Source: Auanema rhodensis (taxonomy: Eukaryota > Animalia > Nematoda). Taken from it: 64,000 bases of DNA. The notes under the pieces were generated by a model. The model was not told where the DNA came from and ran no database searches. It saw only the letters and a list, made by a program, of their open reading frames with translations. Where the stretch lies: NCBI GenBank assembly GCA_964057225.1, contig OZ059898.1:6448001-6512000 (forward strand). Direction: 5' to 3'. Each line of letters opens with the position of its first letter. Within the stretch, counting starts at the first letter, position 1. Made by a program: the position numbers and the translations under genes. This document shows positions 28,105 to 44,965 of this stretch, one piece after another.

Positions 28105-30470
28105 ATGGCAGAAAAGAAGCCAGCACAGTGGCGATGGAGGACATTATGCTCTATACTCCTAGGAACGGGTGTTCTCCTGTTAATTTTGGGAATTTCGATG
28201 TATTTTCTTATTATTCCATTTGTTGTTGAGTCAAAGATTCGCGAGGTAATATATTAGTAGTCTGTTTTTAAAAACCTGTCTTAACCTGTTTTTTGGCTCT
28301 GTTTTTATGGTCTTCTACATCTTCAATTTTTATAGGATTGTCAATTAATAGAAGGAAACCGTTTAATGGAAAAATGGAAAAATCCTGAATATCAAATGCT
28401 CTTTAAGATATATGTCTATTCTGTTAAAAATCCAGATGAATTTATGTCTGGAGATATTCCTGTCGTCACAGGCATGGGCCCATATACTTTCCGCGAAAAA
28501 ATGGAAAACAGAGTAATTATAAACATTGTATATGCAAATTTAATGTATATTCTAGGTTGTTGGTAGAAAAGATGGTAAAGTAAAATTTAAAAAAATAAAC
28601 ACCTATCACTTCGATCCTGAACAGTCTTGTCTGACATGCATCCTCGGCAATCGTGTGTGGGTTCCTAATATGATTTATCAAGTAGCTGATGCTCAATTTT
28701 ATTTTCTTAAATAATTATTTGTCTAGAAATTTGTTGAAGCTGCTTCAACAGCTGGCATGAAAGGTGCTGCTACCACTTTAATTTCACAGACCGCTTTCTT
28801 AGAAGTAGAAGTAGGAGAACTACTTTTTGATGGTTATAAAGATCCTTTCTTAGATAAAGTAAGAGAGAAATTTTGAAATTTTCAAAGCAAGTTTTATTTC
28901 AGGTTTGTGAAATACCATTTATGAACTTTGTTTGTGATTCAATTCTTGATTTACCTGATCGTATTGGATTTTTCTATGAGGTACAGTATTCAGTCCAAAA
29001 CAAAATATGATTCAATATGACGTTATGTGGGGTAGGTATCATTTTCGGGCCTGAAATACCACAGAGCGGTTGAATCGTGTTTTTCTTACCGAGTTCGCGA
29101 ACTTATCAAATCATATTCAGAAAAACAACTCTGCACTGAACACTTTCGAGGTATCTGATGGAACGGAATCAGCTGAAACCTTGGGAAGAGTCATGTCTTG
29201 GAATGATAAGCAGATCTTGGACGAATCATGGTATTTAGTTTTAATGGAAAGCAAAATACATTAATGATTAACAGGTGGAGTTCTAAAGAAGCCAGAGAGA
29301 TTCGTGGAACTGACGGCTCCCTTTTCCCACCATTCCTTAAGAAGGAAGATCGATTATGGGTTTTTGTACACGAATTGTGCCGGTAATTGCATTTTTGAAA
29401 CTCCCTACAATATAAATCATTTTAGTTCCATCTACTTAGAATTTGAGAAAGAAATAGAGTATAAAGGAGTTCCTGGATATCGTTTTATTCTACCCGCATC
29501 CGCAATGGACACAACTTTAGAAGAAAACAAGGGATATTGTAATCCAACAGATAAGGTAACATTGCTATGAAAAATTCAACAAGAAATTATATGTTTAGCG
29601 TTTCTTCCCATCACAGAGCGAATCTGGTGATTGTTGGCCGAAAGGTTTACTTGAAGTATCAAAGTGTCAAAGAAGTACTATATTCGTAATACTTTCGTTT
29701 TGTGAAACTTGTCGTTTTTAGGTCAGCCACCTATCATGATTTCACTTCCAAATTTTCTATATGCTGAAGATGAGGTCACAAAATCGGTACAAGGATTAAA
29801 CAAGTCTGACGTTGATAGAGACTCAATTGTGCTTGATATAGAACCAGTATGTTATGTTTCATGTTGTTCAATTTTGAGAAATATCTTTAATCCTGAATTT
29901 AGTTACATTAAACATAACATTAATGAATACATTCCTGTTGTACTTGAAATGTTCTGTTTCAGCGTACTGGTGTTGTCCTTAAAGCTCAACGTCGATCACA
30001 AGTTAACATTGAAATGTGGAAAGGAAAAGATCTGTCATTCCCGTATAATACAAAATTATTTTTACAATTAAATTAATTTTTTGCAGAGCTAGCCTCAAAA
30101 AAATGAAGTCTACTGTTGTACCGGTTCTCATTGTTCATGAAGATGTTACAATTGATGATGATTCTTTAAACACAATAAAAACTGAACTTATTGAAACTGA
30201 ATGGTTAATTTGCATACATGGACTTTATTAATATTATTTAAAATTATAGGCTGGCTCTCACAATAGCTAAAATCATGGCAGCATTAGGATTACTACTTCT
30301 CCTTATTGGTGGCTTCTTAGCCATATACGGGGTATATTTATACTAACTTTTTATATATTGTATATTATGTTTAGATGGGATTTTGTAATAGCTGTTTGAG
30401 TAGACATGGAGGCCATAATATTGCTCCACTACCCAATTATGTTCCTAAAGGTGGAATGGGCAAAGTTTAA
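28105..30470 (+). CDS. CD36/SCARB (LIMP-2-like) class B scavenger receptor; paralogue not determined
   Basis: N- and C-terminal TM helices; GPYTFRE, LLFDGYKDP, IRGTDGSLFPP, ISLPNFLYA, DIEPRTG motifs. Confidence 0.9.
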
Positions 30471-31320
30471 CTGATTTTAAATGTTGTCAAGTTTAATTCT
30501 CATATCGCTTCTGATCTGAAAATTTCTAAATATAGTTGAATCAAAATCTAATATTAATTCACTTGCATGTTTTATCTGATTTTTTACAATTTTAACAATT
30601 TTTAAAAGAATTTAGAAAAAACTAATAGCAGTCCATGACTAGTCGTATCTTAATGGCACAATGATTTTTTTATTGTTCCTTATTATTCCTGTGAAAATTT
30701 TCAGCTTTGGTTATATATAACTTGTTCAATTTTTTTTATATTGCTCATGATGAGATTAGTTTTCTCTTACTGGCACTCGTCTGTAAATTTTACGGGTTTT
30801 GTAAATAATTGATTAAAATATAAAGCTTATAATTTCATGTTATTAACAATTAATGGTTTTTTAATACATACATACATAAATGTGGCTATTAATAGCAAAA
30901 AAACTAGCTTCTCATCAATTATATCACTTCAAGCTACATGAAATTAGTACGAAAAATCATCAGTATTACAATAGTACTTTAATAATACTTTTGCGAAATT
31001 ACATTAACTTTACACTCATCTACCCAATTCTGGATCGCAATTTTGCTAAAATGTGGTTTTCCCCCAGAAGTTATACATACTTCAGACTTCTGTATAACAT
31101 GTGTGTAGATTGAAAAAAACAACAAAAGAAACTACATCAATTTAAAGAAAAAAATTACAAAAAAAAATCGAATTAAACAGAAAATTGATATTTAGTTTAT
31201 TTTCAAAATATCAAATAACTATAATGTTGTTAATTAGTTCTGTATTCTGTCTTAGACAATATAAACAAAGATCTTATGATAAATTTTTATCTACATTTTA
31301 TGCACATATCACTTAGTTTT

Positions 31321-34300
31321 CTATATTATTTTAAAGATTTTCAAAGCTTTGTTGATCATATCAGTTTGTGGAATACTTGCTGCTGCTAGTGTTTCCCATT
31401 TATATCCGATTAAGGAGTTTACAACTTTCTTATTTCTAAAACTTAACATTAAGAATATAGAATATGTTCTAGTTAACAACCTCAATATAATTGCCCATGT
31501 TTCATATTCAGTCCAGGCATTATCAGTATCATTTTCCATTTCAACTACTTTGGAATCAATCCTGATTGGTCCATTTTCAGATAAGGACAATCCGATTGAA
31601 TCAACGCCTAGTTGCTGTTCATGCCGACATACAGACATAGTCTAGTTGTTTAATATATTTATTGTTTATTATTATAATTAATACCTGAACATCATGCTCA
31701 CTAACGCCTATGAGTCGAAGAAGAGCGGCTAAGTTTTCATCTCTTAAACCACCATCTGGATGAGGTTCGTTAGGCAATTGTCCTTTAGAATCAAGTAAAA
31801 TCTGAAACTACATATCATTACAGTATCCCAGAACCTTAAAAACATACTTTAGCTTCTGTTTTGTTATTACCCACAATAAGAATATAGAAAGAATGTCTAT
31901 TACATCCGAATTTCAGATGATTTCCTCGACCTGCTATTCCTGAAAAATATATATATATATTATATACATTTTATAATAATAATATAGTTATCTGAACCTT
32001 TTCTCCCATTTGGATTCAGGGGAAAACCTGCTGAACTGAAAAGCCAATTTCGAGTATGATCTTGAACTTGACGTGTTCTCCACGATCTTCGAAGATCACA
32101 TACATTCTATAATTTCAGACATAATATCTACGTTTCAAAATAAATAATAACAAATAAATTCAAACTTACTTGTTCTGTAGCATTTTCTACAAATCTTGCT
32201 AGTTCAATAGGAAATTCTTCAACCGGTTTACAATAAAACGGAGGATAATATTTGGGTAAAAGAGTAGTCCATGCTCTGTCTTTAGAAGAAACATTAATTC
32301 TATGATGTCCACTATCAGCATAATGTATTAATTCCATCTAACAATAGAAATGTTAAAAACATATTTTTTATATAGAAAACACACCTCTGAACGTAAATTT
32401 CGTGCAGTTTTACTATAATCATTAGTTAAAGAAATCATTTTCAATTGCTGTTGAATTATTTTTAAAAGTGCTTTTGCATCATCAGAATTAGAGTTTTGAG
32501 ATTTTTTATGTTTCTCTTTGAATTCTTCAATAGCCATCTGACGCCAAAAATTATTAGCGAACTCATGTCGTTTATGAGGAACAGAGGGATTCCGGTATAC
32601 GACACCAAAACGATTAGTTGATCGTGATCTGAAAATTATAAATTTTTAATTTTATAAAAGATTCCCTTTCTTTCAAACGTACTTATCTTTATAATTGATA
32701 TCAGGATGATCTGAAGAAGTTAATGAGAAACCAAATAGGTGGCCACGAACACGACAACAAGCTAAAAACAAGAAGAAAAACGGAGTCAGTGGAGGTGGTA
32801 CAGGTGGTCGAACACTGAAACCAAAGCTTATAGACATTAAATAAAAGTTTTATAAACTATATTACCTAAAATCGGAAACTAACGAATACATTTGATATTT
32901 CCAGATCTTGTCGGCTTCTTCATCAACAGCCTTGGCTGTTTTGGCGAAGAAGGCAAAGAGTAAGGGCCAAAGTATAAGCTGAAGATGAAGCTAAAATACA
33001 GAAAAAAACAATTTTAGAAAAACTAACTTTCAAAATGACAAAATATTCGATGAGAACGAAATATGCAGGCCATGATTGGCTGGGACATGTTGGATTACCA
33101 TATTGGCCAATGGATTCACAATATTCTTTTGGAGCACCAAGGAATGTTTTACGACAAGATTCAGATTCTCGTAAACCGAAAACAAAACAATTTTTAGATA
33201 AAATGATTGGCTATGAGCAAACTTGAAAGGTCTGTAGTGAACAGACTTAGCCATACCCATGATAACGAAGAGCGAACGACAGATGAAGATAACTGTTGAT
33301 CAGGATATAATATAGCCTGAATTGATGCAGCACTTCTAAAATTTTATTATTAAAATTACTTTTACGACTAATAAAAACAAATTAACTAACGTTAGCATAA
33401 TTAATCCTATCATAATTAAAAAGTTAGTGAAATCCCTCAATATCATGAGTTTTACACGAACCATCAATGGTCCATATATGTCTGATAATGGAATATAAAA
33501 AAATAATGTGGAATAACACCAATAAAGTAGAAAAACTGCTGAAATAACTCGTGCTGGATACACAGATTCTATTGTCTAAAATAAATCAAATTAATTTATA
33601 AAATAATAAAATGAATAACTTACTAATGACCATGATACTACACCTTCTCCTAATATTTTTAGCGTTAATATTAAAGATAAGAAAATAAATGTTGTTATAA
33701 CATCAAAAACCTGTAACATGCTGAGAATACTGGTGATTAAAACTTAAAACTTACTCTCCAAGGCATTAAAGATAGATCTATACTTTGTAAGCGGACATTT
33801 AGAACCCAAAGGGATTCAACCCACCACAAGAAAGACCAAACCCATACCATAGTATCTAGACTCGTAGATCCACAACCAGGAAGTAAAACCTTTAATATTA
33901 ACTATATCATATAAAACTTTAAAACTTTCTAACAGAATAAGCTAACAGGCAGATATGCATCAAACGGAAAAACAGAGATAGCCAGTATTTAACAATTGGT
34001 GTTGAATAGAACATTCCTATGGACGGCGCTGTCCATTTTCTTATTCTAGTCTAAACAAAAAACTAAACAATTATGAAAATAATAAGATAAAACCTTTTTT
34101 GAAAAATATTTAATATTGGCATCCGTTTCAGGTTCTTCTATATTTAATGGAAATACCATAGATTGAGGAGTCGCTGATTCAGCACCATTGTTTGTACCAC
34201 TAGTTACATGCTGAATATATGAATTTTGATTTTCTGATTAAATATGAATACCTGTAAAGGAAAATTAGCTGACAACGGAGCAGTTATTTGGGTAAGTGCT

Positions 34301-37117
34301 TCACTTCTTGTAGATATGATACTAAAATAATTAAACTATTACTAATTTCTGATATTATGAAACCTATAAGTAGAGACAGCTCTAGTACGTTTAGGCTGTC
34401 GACTACTATGCAGCAAAGCAACTGTAGGACTTGGCTTATCTTCTTTAACAGATCCAGTGTATGACGGTCTTGTGGATATCCACCATTTGATTGGAGCAAT
34501 GAAGAATGCTTCAAATATTACAATTAATTATAATAAATATAAATATATTCACCTGCAAGAAGTATTTTTATCCATCGAGGTAAAATAGATGGCTGAGTTC
34601 TGGCTTGTAAATGGCCATATAGCAAGCGATTAACCCAACGTTGACATGATTCATGAGCAACTAAACTTCTATTATTACACTAAAATGAAAGTATATGCTG
34701 AAAAAATAAATATATTATTACTTGAAAAGCTAATTGAGTTATTGTTTGGTTATTAAAAGCTTCTAAAGGTTGGCATAGTATCTGATAAGCTTTTTGAGGA
34801 GTCTTTTCATGAACTCTAGACAATAAGGATACAGATGTTTGTGATAACTCATTTGCTAAAGCATTTAATGATTCTTCATAGAAAAACCAATCATGAGCCT
34901 AAATATGATATTTATATGATTATAATTATAATTATTAACCTCATGAGCTAATGATCTAGCTATCCTTGATAAAGCAAGAGAGAATGGTAGTGGCTGTTCA
35001 GAGAAAGAACAAAGACATCGGACCATTGAAGGACGATGTAGCAAAAGGCTCCAAATCTGTAAAAATGTATTATAATCAAACTTTAATCTTGAATTAGAAA
35101 AATTATACCGCTAAAACTTTAATTGAAGATTCTCTATCTTTATTAAGTGAATCACCATTGATAGCATTCGGAGAGAAGAGATCCTTTACTCCAAAAGATA
35201 GTTTTCTCTATGAAAATAGAAATTATTATTATATATAGACAATAACTAACAAGAAGTCTATTCAAATCATATGCAAAAGTATCATCAACTTCATCAGGAA
35301 CTGAGGAATAACCTAGGCAACGGCATAGAACAATAGTATGAAAAAAATGCTGAAAATACAAAAGTATTAATATGTTTTCATATTAAATATCGAATATCTA
35401 CCTGATCTGTTGCTCTCGCCATCTTCATTAACATTTGTGAATTTACATTAATTGGCGACTTCAATTCTAGTAATCCAGCTAAGAAATTTACGCGATCATC
35501 ATGAATAACACAATCACACAAAAGAAGAGTCAACGACTATAGAATTTTAAAATATTAAAAACCTTTACTTCAAAACTGACTTCATCATCTAAAACTTCAT
35601 TCAAATTCATTGCAGTTAAAGCAGACGATTGGTTCAAACGACTGGACAGTAACAGCATTTGTTTCATATCCGTATTACCAGAATATGATTGAACACAAAG
35701 ATCTACAACACAACTTCGGAGTTTATTTAACTATAAAATTATATAAATTTATGAAAAAGAAATTTAAAAAAAAACCTCATCAGATTCCAAAAAGTCAATA
35801 AGTTGTGGATCTGTCATTCCAATAGAAAATATTTGTACAATAATATCCACAGCTACTTCTACATTATCCATTGAAATTGAAACTAATTGATCTCGTAACC
35901 AAATAACAAAGCGTTCATGTTCAAATTCAGGAGTTCTATATAGGAGACTAGCATTTCTTAATACAGCACACAATTCACAACTATCCTGTAACAATTAATT
36001 TAAAACTCGATAACATGCATAATCATTGAAATGAGAGTCCAATTAACCTGAAGCACAACCGATGGAATTCCATTTTCCATATAGATTAGAAGTTCTTCTA
36101 AAGCAGCACATGATTCTCCTGTAAAGTTTTGAACGTTACTAATTGCTAAATATACTGGTTAACCAGCAAAAATTGATATTGGCAAAGGTCTTTTATCATT
36201 TGACGGAGATAATAGAATAGGAGGAGAATGACAAGATGTTGATTGTGATAAATGTTCAGAAGGAACTCCTATTAAAAGAGCTGAAAAACTATTTCTTGTA
36301 TAAAACTAATAGAAATATACAAACCGGGTGGAGGATGAGAAAGGCGGACGGTTGCTTGAGCTCTGAATTTAGCTTTTTCCTAAAGAATACTTGGTTATAT
36401 ATTGAAAAAGAGAAAAAAAAAAGAGAAAAGGAATAACTCACAACTGATGATTGTATTTCTTTTCGAGAGACAACGAGAAGAGTATTTAGTGTAGTATCAA
36501 CAAGCTTATGCTCGGAAGAAACACCAATTACTTCATCGGAATTGACTATCAAATGAAGAACTTCCACATGATTATCTGTCTACAAATTAGAGTTTTTAAA
36601 AAAATATTTTTGAAAATCACTTGTGGTAAAACAGTTTTAATAGTATTTGTTGCAGCTCTAGCAAGAGGATCAGAGTGTAAGCCAGATGACACAAACCATA
36701 GTGAACATGATGATACAAAAGGAGTCAAAGCAGCTTGTAATCGACTTGTATACTAATAGAGAAACATAAAATATCAAATAATAAATTTAAAAACCTTAGT
36801 AGACATTTCATTTCCATCAGATATAAGTGCCACAATTAAATGTGGCATACCTTCATCAACTTCACTAGCATTTGCAGCTAAGGAGCTGTAAATGTGCTTA
36901 GAAGCACTTGGCAAAGCCTATGGGTAAATAGGTGAAAAGAAAAGAAGAATATTATAACTAAGGAAGAACGAAAATAAAAAGCGTCTCTTACCTGCGGACT
37001 ACCTAACAACAAAGCTGGACAGAGCTGAACTCCGCCAACATCATCTGCAGCCACATGTACTGCTACAGTATCCGAAATGACGGCAATATCATTAGGGGGA
37101 GTTTCAAAGTCATCCAT
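31321..37117 (-). CDS. ced-11: CED-11-like TRP channel (TRPM-related, TRPS family) with N-terminal SLOG/MHR region and C-terminal NUDT9-homology domain
   Basis: MPHLIVALISDG (SLOG), IYGPLMVRVKLMILRDF (S4-S5), TRP-box-like AVDEEADKIWKYQMY followed by RPPVPPPL, and a NUDT9H tail (AWTTLLPKYYPPFY, GIAGRG, DTDNAWTE). Confidence 0.82.
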
Positions 37118-38951
37118 ACTGGTACACTAAGAAATTATCAGTGGCATTCCCTTAAATCAACAATAAGAAACAAAAAAATATAAGAGAAACTGAGAAGGAG
37201 TTTTATAAATACAAAAGAAAGTACGAGATAGACATAGAAAATTTGGGAATAATATGAGAAAAATTGAAATTGAAATAAAAATAAAATAAAATTTTAAATT
37301 CCAGCAAATATCTAAAGAGGATCTGGAGCTATTGAATGGAGACAGATAACAAATCATTAGATGTACCCGACAACTGTTTAGAAGACATTACAAGAGAAAT
37401 TACGCTGACCCGCTAAATCACAGAAGAAGAAATTATTTTTAGACAAGAAGACCTCAGAGAATAAAAGCTTTACAACTCCAACAATGCTTATAAATCATAG
37501 CATTAATTAAAAGATGGGAGATGATAGCTGTATCAGAGATTAAGAAAATCGATTAATAGTCCACCTAGCCTATGACCATATTGAGAATTGATGAAGAATT
37601 TTGGCGGGAGAAGCCTGAAGCAAGTTTCTTATGGGATGCAGCATGCATGCTAGTTCACTTATTAGTAACGGAATAAAAGAGCAACAGATATAACAAATTG
37701 GAAATTATTCATTAACGTATGCGGAACGAACTTTGATTTCTGTCTGTAATTAATCAAGGAAAGTTTTATAATGTTTCGTTAAAAATGCTCCAGAAGTATC
37801 GAAACTCAAGGTCAATTCATTTGAAGGTTTAACATATCTTATATTCCAGTAAAATGAAATAAATTTATTTGATTCTATACAGTGAAATGCAAAAATGATT
37901 ATTAAATTCCAATATATTTGAAAATATGAGAGGAAATAAAATAAAATGAAGATATGAGATTAGCGTGAAAGTTATGGCTGATGTGACAAAAAGCCACTTA
38001 TCTTCATTATCAATCCATTTCCTTATACAAGAGTCTGATAGAAATAGAAGCGGGCGAAATGATAGTGATGACGAAGTTGATGACAACAGGAGACGATCTT
38101 TCTCTTAACTTCTGGCTTCTAATTGAAGTTCTCTCTTTCGCAGCTGTACTGTACCAGACAACGAAACGAGTTTTATAGAAAATAATATCAATACTCTATC
38201 AGGTACATAAATTTAGCAGAAGAATTATAAAAGGATAAGTTGAATAATTTTCTTTTTTTTTTAATAAATACGAAGTACATTATTATACGAATATCTTGTA
38301 TTTTTGAACACTATAAATGTATTATTGATTATGTTAGTTAAGAATCAATATTGTAAATCATACCTTGTTTAAACTTGTGTATATATCAATCAATGTCTTT
38401 CAAGCAAAATCTAAATATAATTTTTTTCTATCGTACACTATATATTAGATATGTCAATTTCATGTATGAAGAGCAATTTCAATTGCTTACTCCGAATGTA
38501 ATATCGCAAAGTTCTTATCTAAATGGGCAATTTTATCTTGAAAATAAGGGAAAGTATTGTGAGGTAAATAATATTAAACAGGTGGGTACGAATGAAACTT
38601 TTATTCAACAAACGAAATAATCACAATGTTCCAACATCACAATTATGTTTATGGAATTTTAAGACAGGAAAGAACATTGATCGGAAACCTTTTAACCTCA
38701 ATAAGACCTTGTGTTACAAACATCACACTAACAAAAGAAAATTAGCACATTATAGAATAAATAAAGAACAGAGCGGACGTCAACAATCAACAGAAACCTT
38801 GCTCCAAGAACAAGCTAAGAGTTATAGGGTTAGATGACATCTGAGCACTAAATTAATTATGTTAAAGATATGAAACAAAATAAAATACATGTGAGGATAA
38901 CATTACCCCAAATAGGAATATATCATCTAACTATGATTTTTATCCTCTGAA

Positions 38952-40872
<1,921 letters not shown>

Positions 40873-41172
40873 AGTTACAATACCTGAAAAGCTGACTGAT
40901 AATGCATTAACGTGGTCTCATAAAAAATCAATATCTCACAGTGAAAAAGCCACATACACATATACGCAACCAATTAAAGGGAAAAAGAATTGGTTTCCGG
41001 AATTTGGTTCAAATTATTATAAATATTCTATTAGAAAAAAGACAAATGTTTTCTATAATTAACACGACAGCAAACAAAACTTTATTATAAATAACATAAC
41101 CAGTATAAAAGTTCATGAGCTATAATGTATGCAAGTGTAAAACGTTTCAATATAGCGATGCATCAAATTTAA

Positions 41173-42421
41173 TTATTGAGATTTAGCTTTTTTGCGGAGA
41201 GCAGCAGCACGAGTTCCTTTGCTCATTTTATTGATGAAATGTGAAATAATAAACTTTGGTACCCAGTCCATAACCTCAGTCTGCAAAAGCATACATGTTG
41301 TAAAAGTAACTTCACAAGGGTTCGTACCTGAATTTGGTGAGTGAGATAGCCAGTAGTTTCATCTACGATTCCAACTGTTTTCAAAGCAGATTCAGAAAAG
41401 GCAGTAGCGTCGGGAGCGAACAAAGATGTCTTCTTGATCTAGACAACATTTTTAGTAAACGTTATGTTTGCATACGGCCAACCTTGCTCATCTTAGTGGC
41501 GACCATCATTGGGCAAATAGTTTGGAAAATAAGCCCCTGACTAGCGTATTCTTGTCTAAGAGTAGAAGTGAGCCAGTTAACATACTTCTTTAAAATATTA
41601 ATATAATAATAAAATATATATGCATTAGAACAACCTTAGTGGAGGAATAAACAGCCCAAAGAGGCATGATATTCAAGCTAGCTGAGGAAGAAACATTGAT
41701 AATAACACCAGCTTTTCTTTCCAACATTTGTGGAATAACAGAACCACATAGCTTAATAATACATAATAGTAAAACAGTAAGAAACATTAACTTACGAGGG
41801 TTGGGGGAAGGGTATTGATAGTAGTGATATTGGCGAGTTTTTCCAAACCTCCTTCAACTTTGTGGAGAACCTGAATATAATTCAGTATGGTGGTAGGTGT
41901 ATAAAACTAACCTCAGGGTATTCGTAGCTCATTCCGACGTTGTTGACAAGGACTCCAAGATTGACATTATTCAAAGCCTTGTACAGTGGTTCATAAGATT
42001 TTGGATCTCCGGTAGAAAAGTCGAATGCAAAAGTTTCAACTTTGACCTGAACTCACGAAATGATAACACATAACTAATGATGAGCCTACACTGCTGTATT
42101 TTTCTAACAGTTCCTTTTTAGTTTCATCAAGCTTGCTCTGAGTTCTGGAAATCAAAAGAATATTAAATCCACGGCGGGCAAGAGAGAAAGCATAAGCTTT
42201 TCCAATTCCATCAGTGGCGCCAGTAATAGCTGAAATGTTGCTTCTTCTGCATGTTCAAAGTTACGGCACATACCAGCCCAATCTGCTCCTGCTTTTTTCT
42301 TCAAATCAATAGATCCGGCAAAAAGGTAGGGGAATAATACATTATACAAGGAGTTAAGGAATTTGTAAGCTACATATGTAAGAGTAGCATATCCCAAAAG
42401 AGAAAAGCATACGCAAGCCAT
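41173..42421 (-). CDS. let-767: 3-ketoacyl-CoA reductase / HSD17B12-type short-chain dehydrogenase
   Basis: [15 protein letters not shown] Rossmann motif, [10 protein letters not shown], catalytic YSSTK, basic C-terminus ALRKKAKSQ*; TTTTCAG acceptor abuts the ATG. Confidence 0.88.
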
Positions 42422-42710
42422 CTGAAAAATAAAAGAATAACGTTGCGTAAAGGAAACAAATTGTGAAATGAACACCAAGCAATCGCATTGCATCTAAACT
42501 GAAAAGATAAGAATAGGTGACCCCAGTGCAACACTTGGAGACGGTTATCGCGCCATCGAATGATACCCGTAGGTGAAAGAACCAGAAACGAAAAACAGAT
42601 ATTGCACACGAGCAAACGAAAAAATATAATAGTAAAAGAAGATAAATACAGGTGAAAGAACTTTTATGATTAGACAATGTACAGCAATGTCAATAAATTA
42701 ATCATTATGT

Positions 42711-44155
42711 TCAGTCAAGATCCATTGTATCATCATCAGGTTTTCCTTTTTTAGGTACAGGTTCTTTAATATTGTCATCGGAAGATGAAGCTGCTGCCTC
42801 ACCGGTAGTGCCTTGTTCGGTCTCAGTTAGTTTTTTAGCAAATTCGACAAGATCTCAAATTAAAAATATAAATTGTTGGATAAAAAAAACTCACTTCCGT
42901 TCGCAGCAGCTTTACTTGCTTCGGAGGAAATTCCAAATTGTTCTAAAACGGGGCCCATTTGACCAGTTTGTAAAGCATGGCCAAAGGCGTTAGTAGCCTA
43001 TATATTATTATATCACAAACCCAAACACAAGCAATTACCTGCTTAAATTGAGGAGAATGAATTGTTTCGGCCAACTCTGCAGTAGGATCCTCACTTTGAG
43101 GAATATGGGGAAGGAGACGTTCTGAAAAAAGTAATAAACTTAATAACTTTAATTGATTCACCTTGGTTGTTCAAAACTGTTTCAGCAGCTCGCTCGCCAG
43201 AAACGACCTCATCCAGATTCACAGAAGCTTGACTTGTTTCAGGTTGTTGGAACTGGTTAACTAAGTGTTGAAGATCTGCGGAACTCATTACTAAACCACA
43301 GAGAGGTTGTGACATAAGGTAATAACAAACCTGAATCTGTTCCAGCAGCGCTGCTCAGTTGTGCCAATCCGGATTCAGAATTGCTACCCTAATGATATGA
43401 AAAATATGTTACATTAAGTAATTAAACTAACTGGGTTCATGAACTGAAGAAGTTGAACAAGTTGTTGATGATCAATGCCACCAAGAGTTGAGAATTCCTA
43501 ATATTTTTTTCGAAATAACTTAGAAATCGTATTTTAACAAACCTCGGAACCGGGGAATCCAGCGACTGATGGAGCAACATGTCGCTCGCTTGATCCTCCA
43601 CGAGCGCTCATACGCTGTGATGGAGGCTTATTTAAAGTATCATTAACCTGAAAAAGGTATTGATAATTTCTGCTTAAAACGACTTCTAACTTTCTGTACA
43701 ATATCCTTCTCGACTTCGGGTTCTTGAACCCAGAAAAATCGGCGATCATTAGAAGTTTTGAACTTTAGCATGAAAACTTGACCATCGGGGCAGCCCTTAA
43801 CCTCTCTGAACTCTGTATCACCCGGGAAGATGATTAAATCCTATAAAAGTCGTAGTACATTTATAAATCATACAAATAAGATTTACATCAACTACAGCTC
43901 CAGTTTCTCTGTTTTTCCAACAGAAATGCATAAGTTGATCAGAGGATTGCTTGATTATGATAGCTCCTTTACTTTTATCAGCAACAACTTTCATTTTGTT
44001 ATTTTCAGATCCAGGTTGAAGATTAGAGCGTCCAGCCTTTAAAAAAAAATGGCTCTAATTAAGATCATATCCCAAACCTTAAATTCGATCAAGTTCGAGT
44101 TAGACGTTCCTCCACTGGATCCCGTATTACGGGTATTAGCGAACATAGCACTCAT
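42711..44155 (-). CDS. rpn-13: Proteasome ubiquitin receptor RPN13/ADRM1
   Basis: PRU domain LIEFKAGR...MHFCWKNRE...DLIIFPGDTEF...FFWVQEP; DEUBAD-like SPQFKQA...GQMGPV; ends DDDTMDLD*. Confidence 0.92.
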
Positions 44156-44965
44156 TTTCTACAACATTAAAAATAATACATAAATATATTCAGACGTATA
44201 TGAATATTTAACACAAAAATACACTCCAAAAATTAACTATATTAATAATAAAATAACGACTAAACAGTTATATGAACACGGAATGTCCAAGAGGATGATA
44301 ATATAAAAATGAGATTTTGAATGGAGCGCGATTCAAACCAGTAAATATTTTTTTGTTTGTTATTTACTGTAAATAGCAAACTTTTCAGGACTTGCGGTTT
44401 ATATTATAATAGAGTGTTTACTAATCTTTTGGAATAATAGAGTATGGTTTTTTTGTAGCCTAACTTATAGTCTTCTATTATTAATATTTAGTTTTTAGTT
44501 TTTTTTTTCATTCCCCTGTAATATAAATTAGCTTGGAACATTATTGCTAAAATGTAAGTGTTTTATTTGTTTTTGCTCAATATTCCCTGCGTTAGGTAAG
44601 TCTTCATCCAATTTAATATTGATAATAAATAAAAATATTGTTTTCCGAATATTATATGAGATTGACACACTCAGTAATCCAACTACAATCTGACAAACGT
44701 TAAAAAAACAATGTACACATTTTATTTTTTTAAATTAATCAACATATATAATATGACTCAAAATAAATAATTATATACAAAGAAACAGTTAATAACTTGA
44801 CAATACTCATTTCTTCAAAACATAAGGCAACTTTGAAAGTTATCTCCGAGAAGGAATAAGCTTTTGAGTATATGCCAGAAAACCCGTATAAAATGGATTA
44901 TAAATTAGCATATAATATATAAATCATTTTTTCAAAAATATTTCTTTAAAAGTATAGCTGATGTT

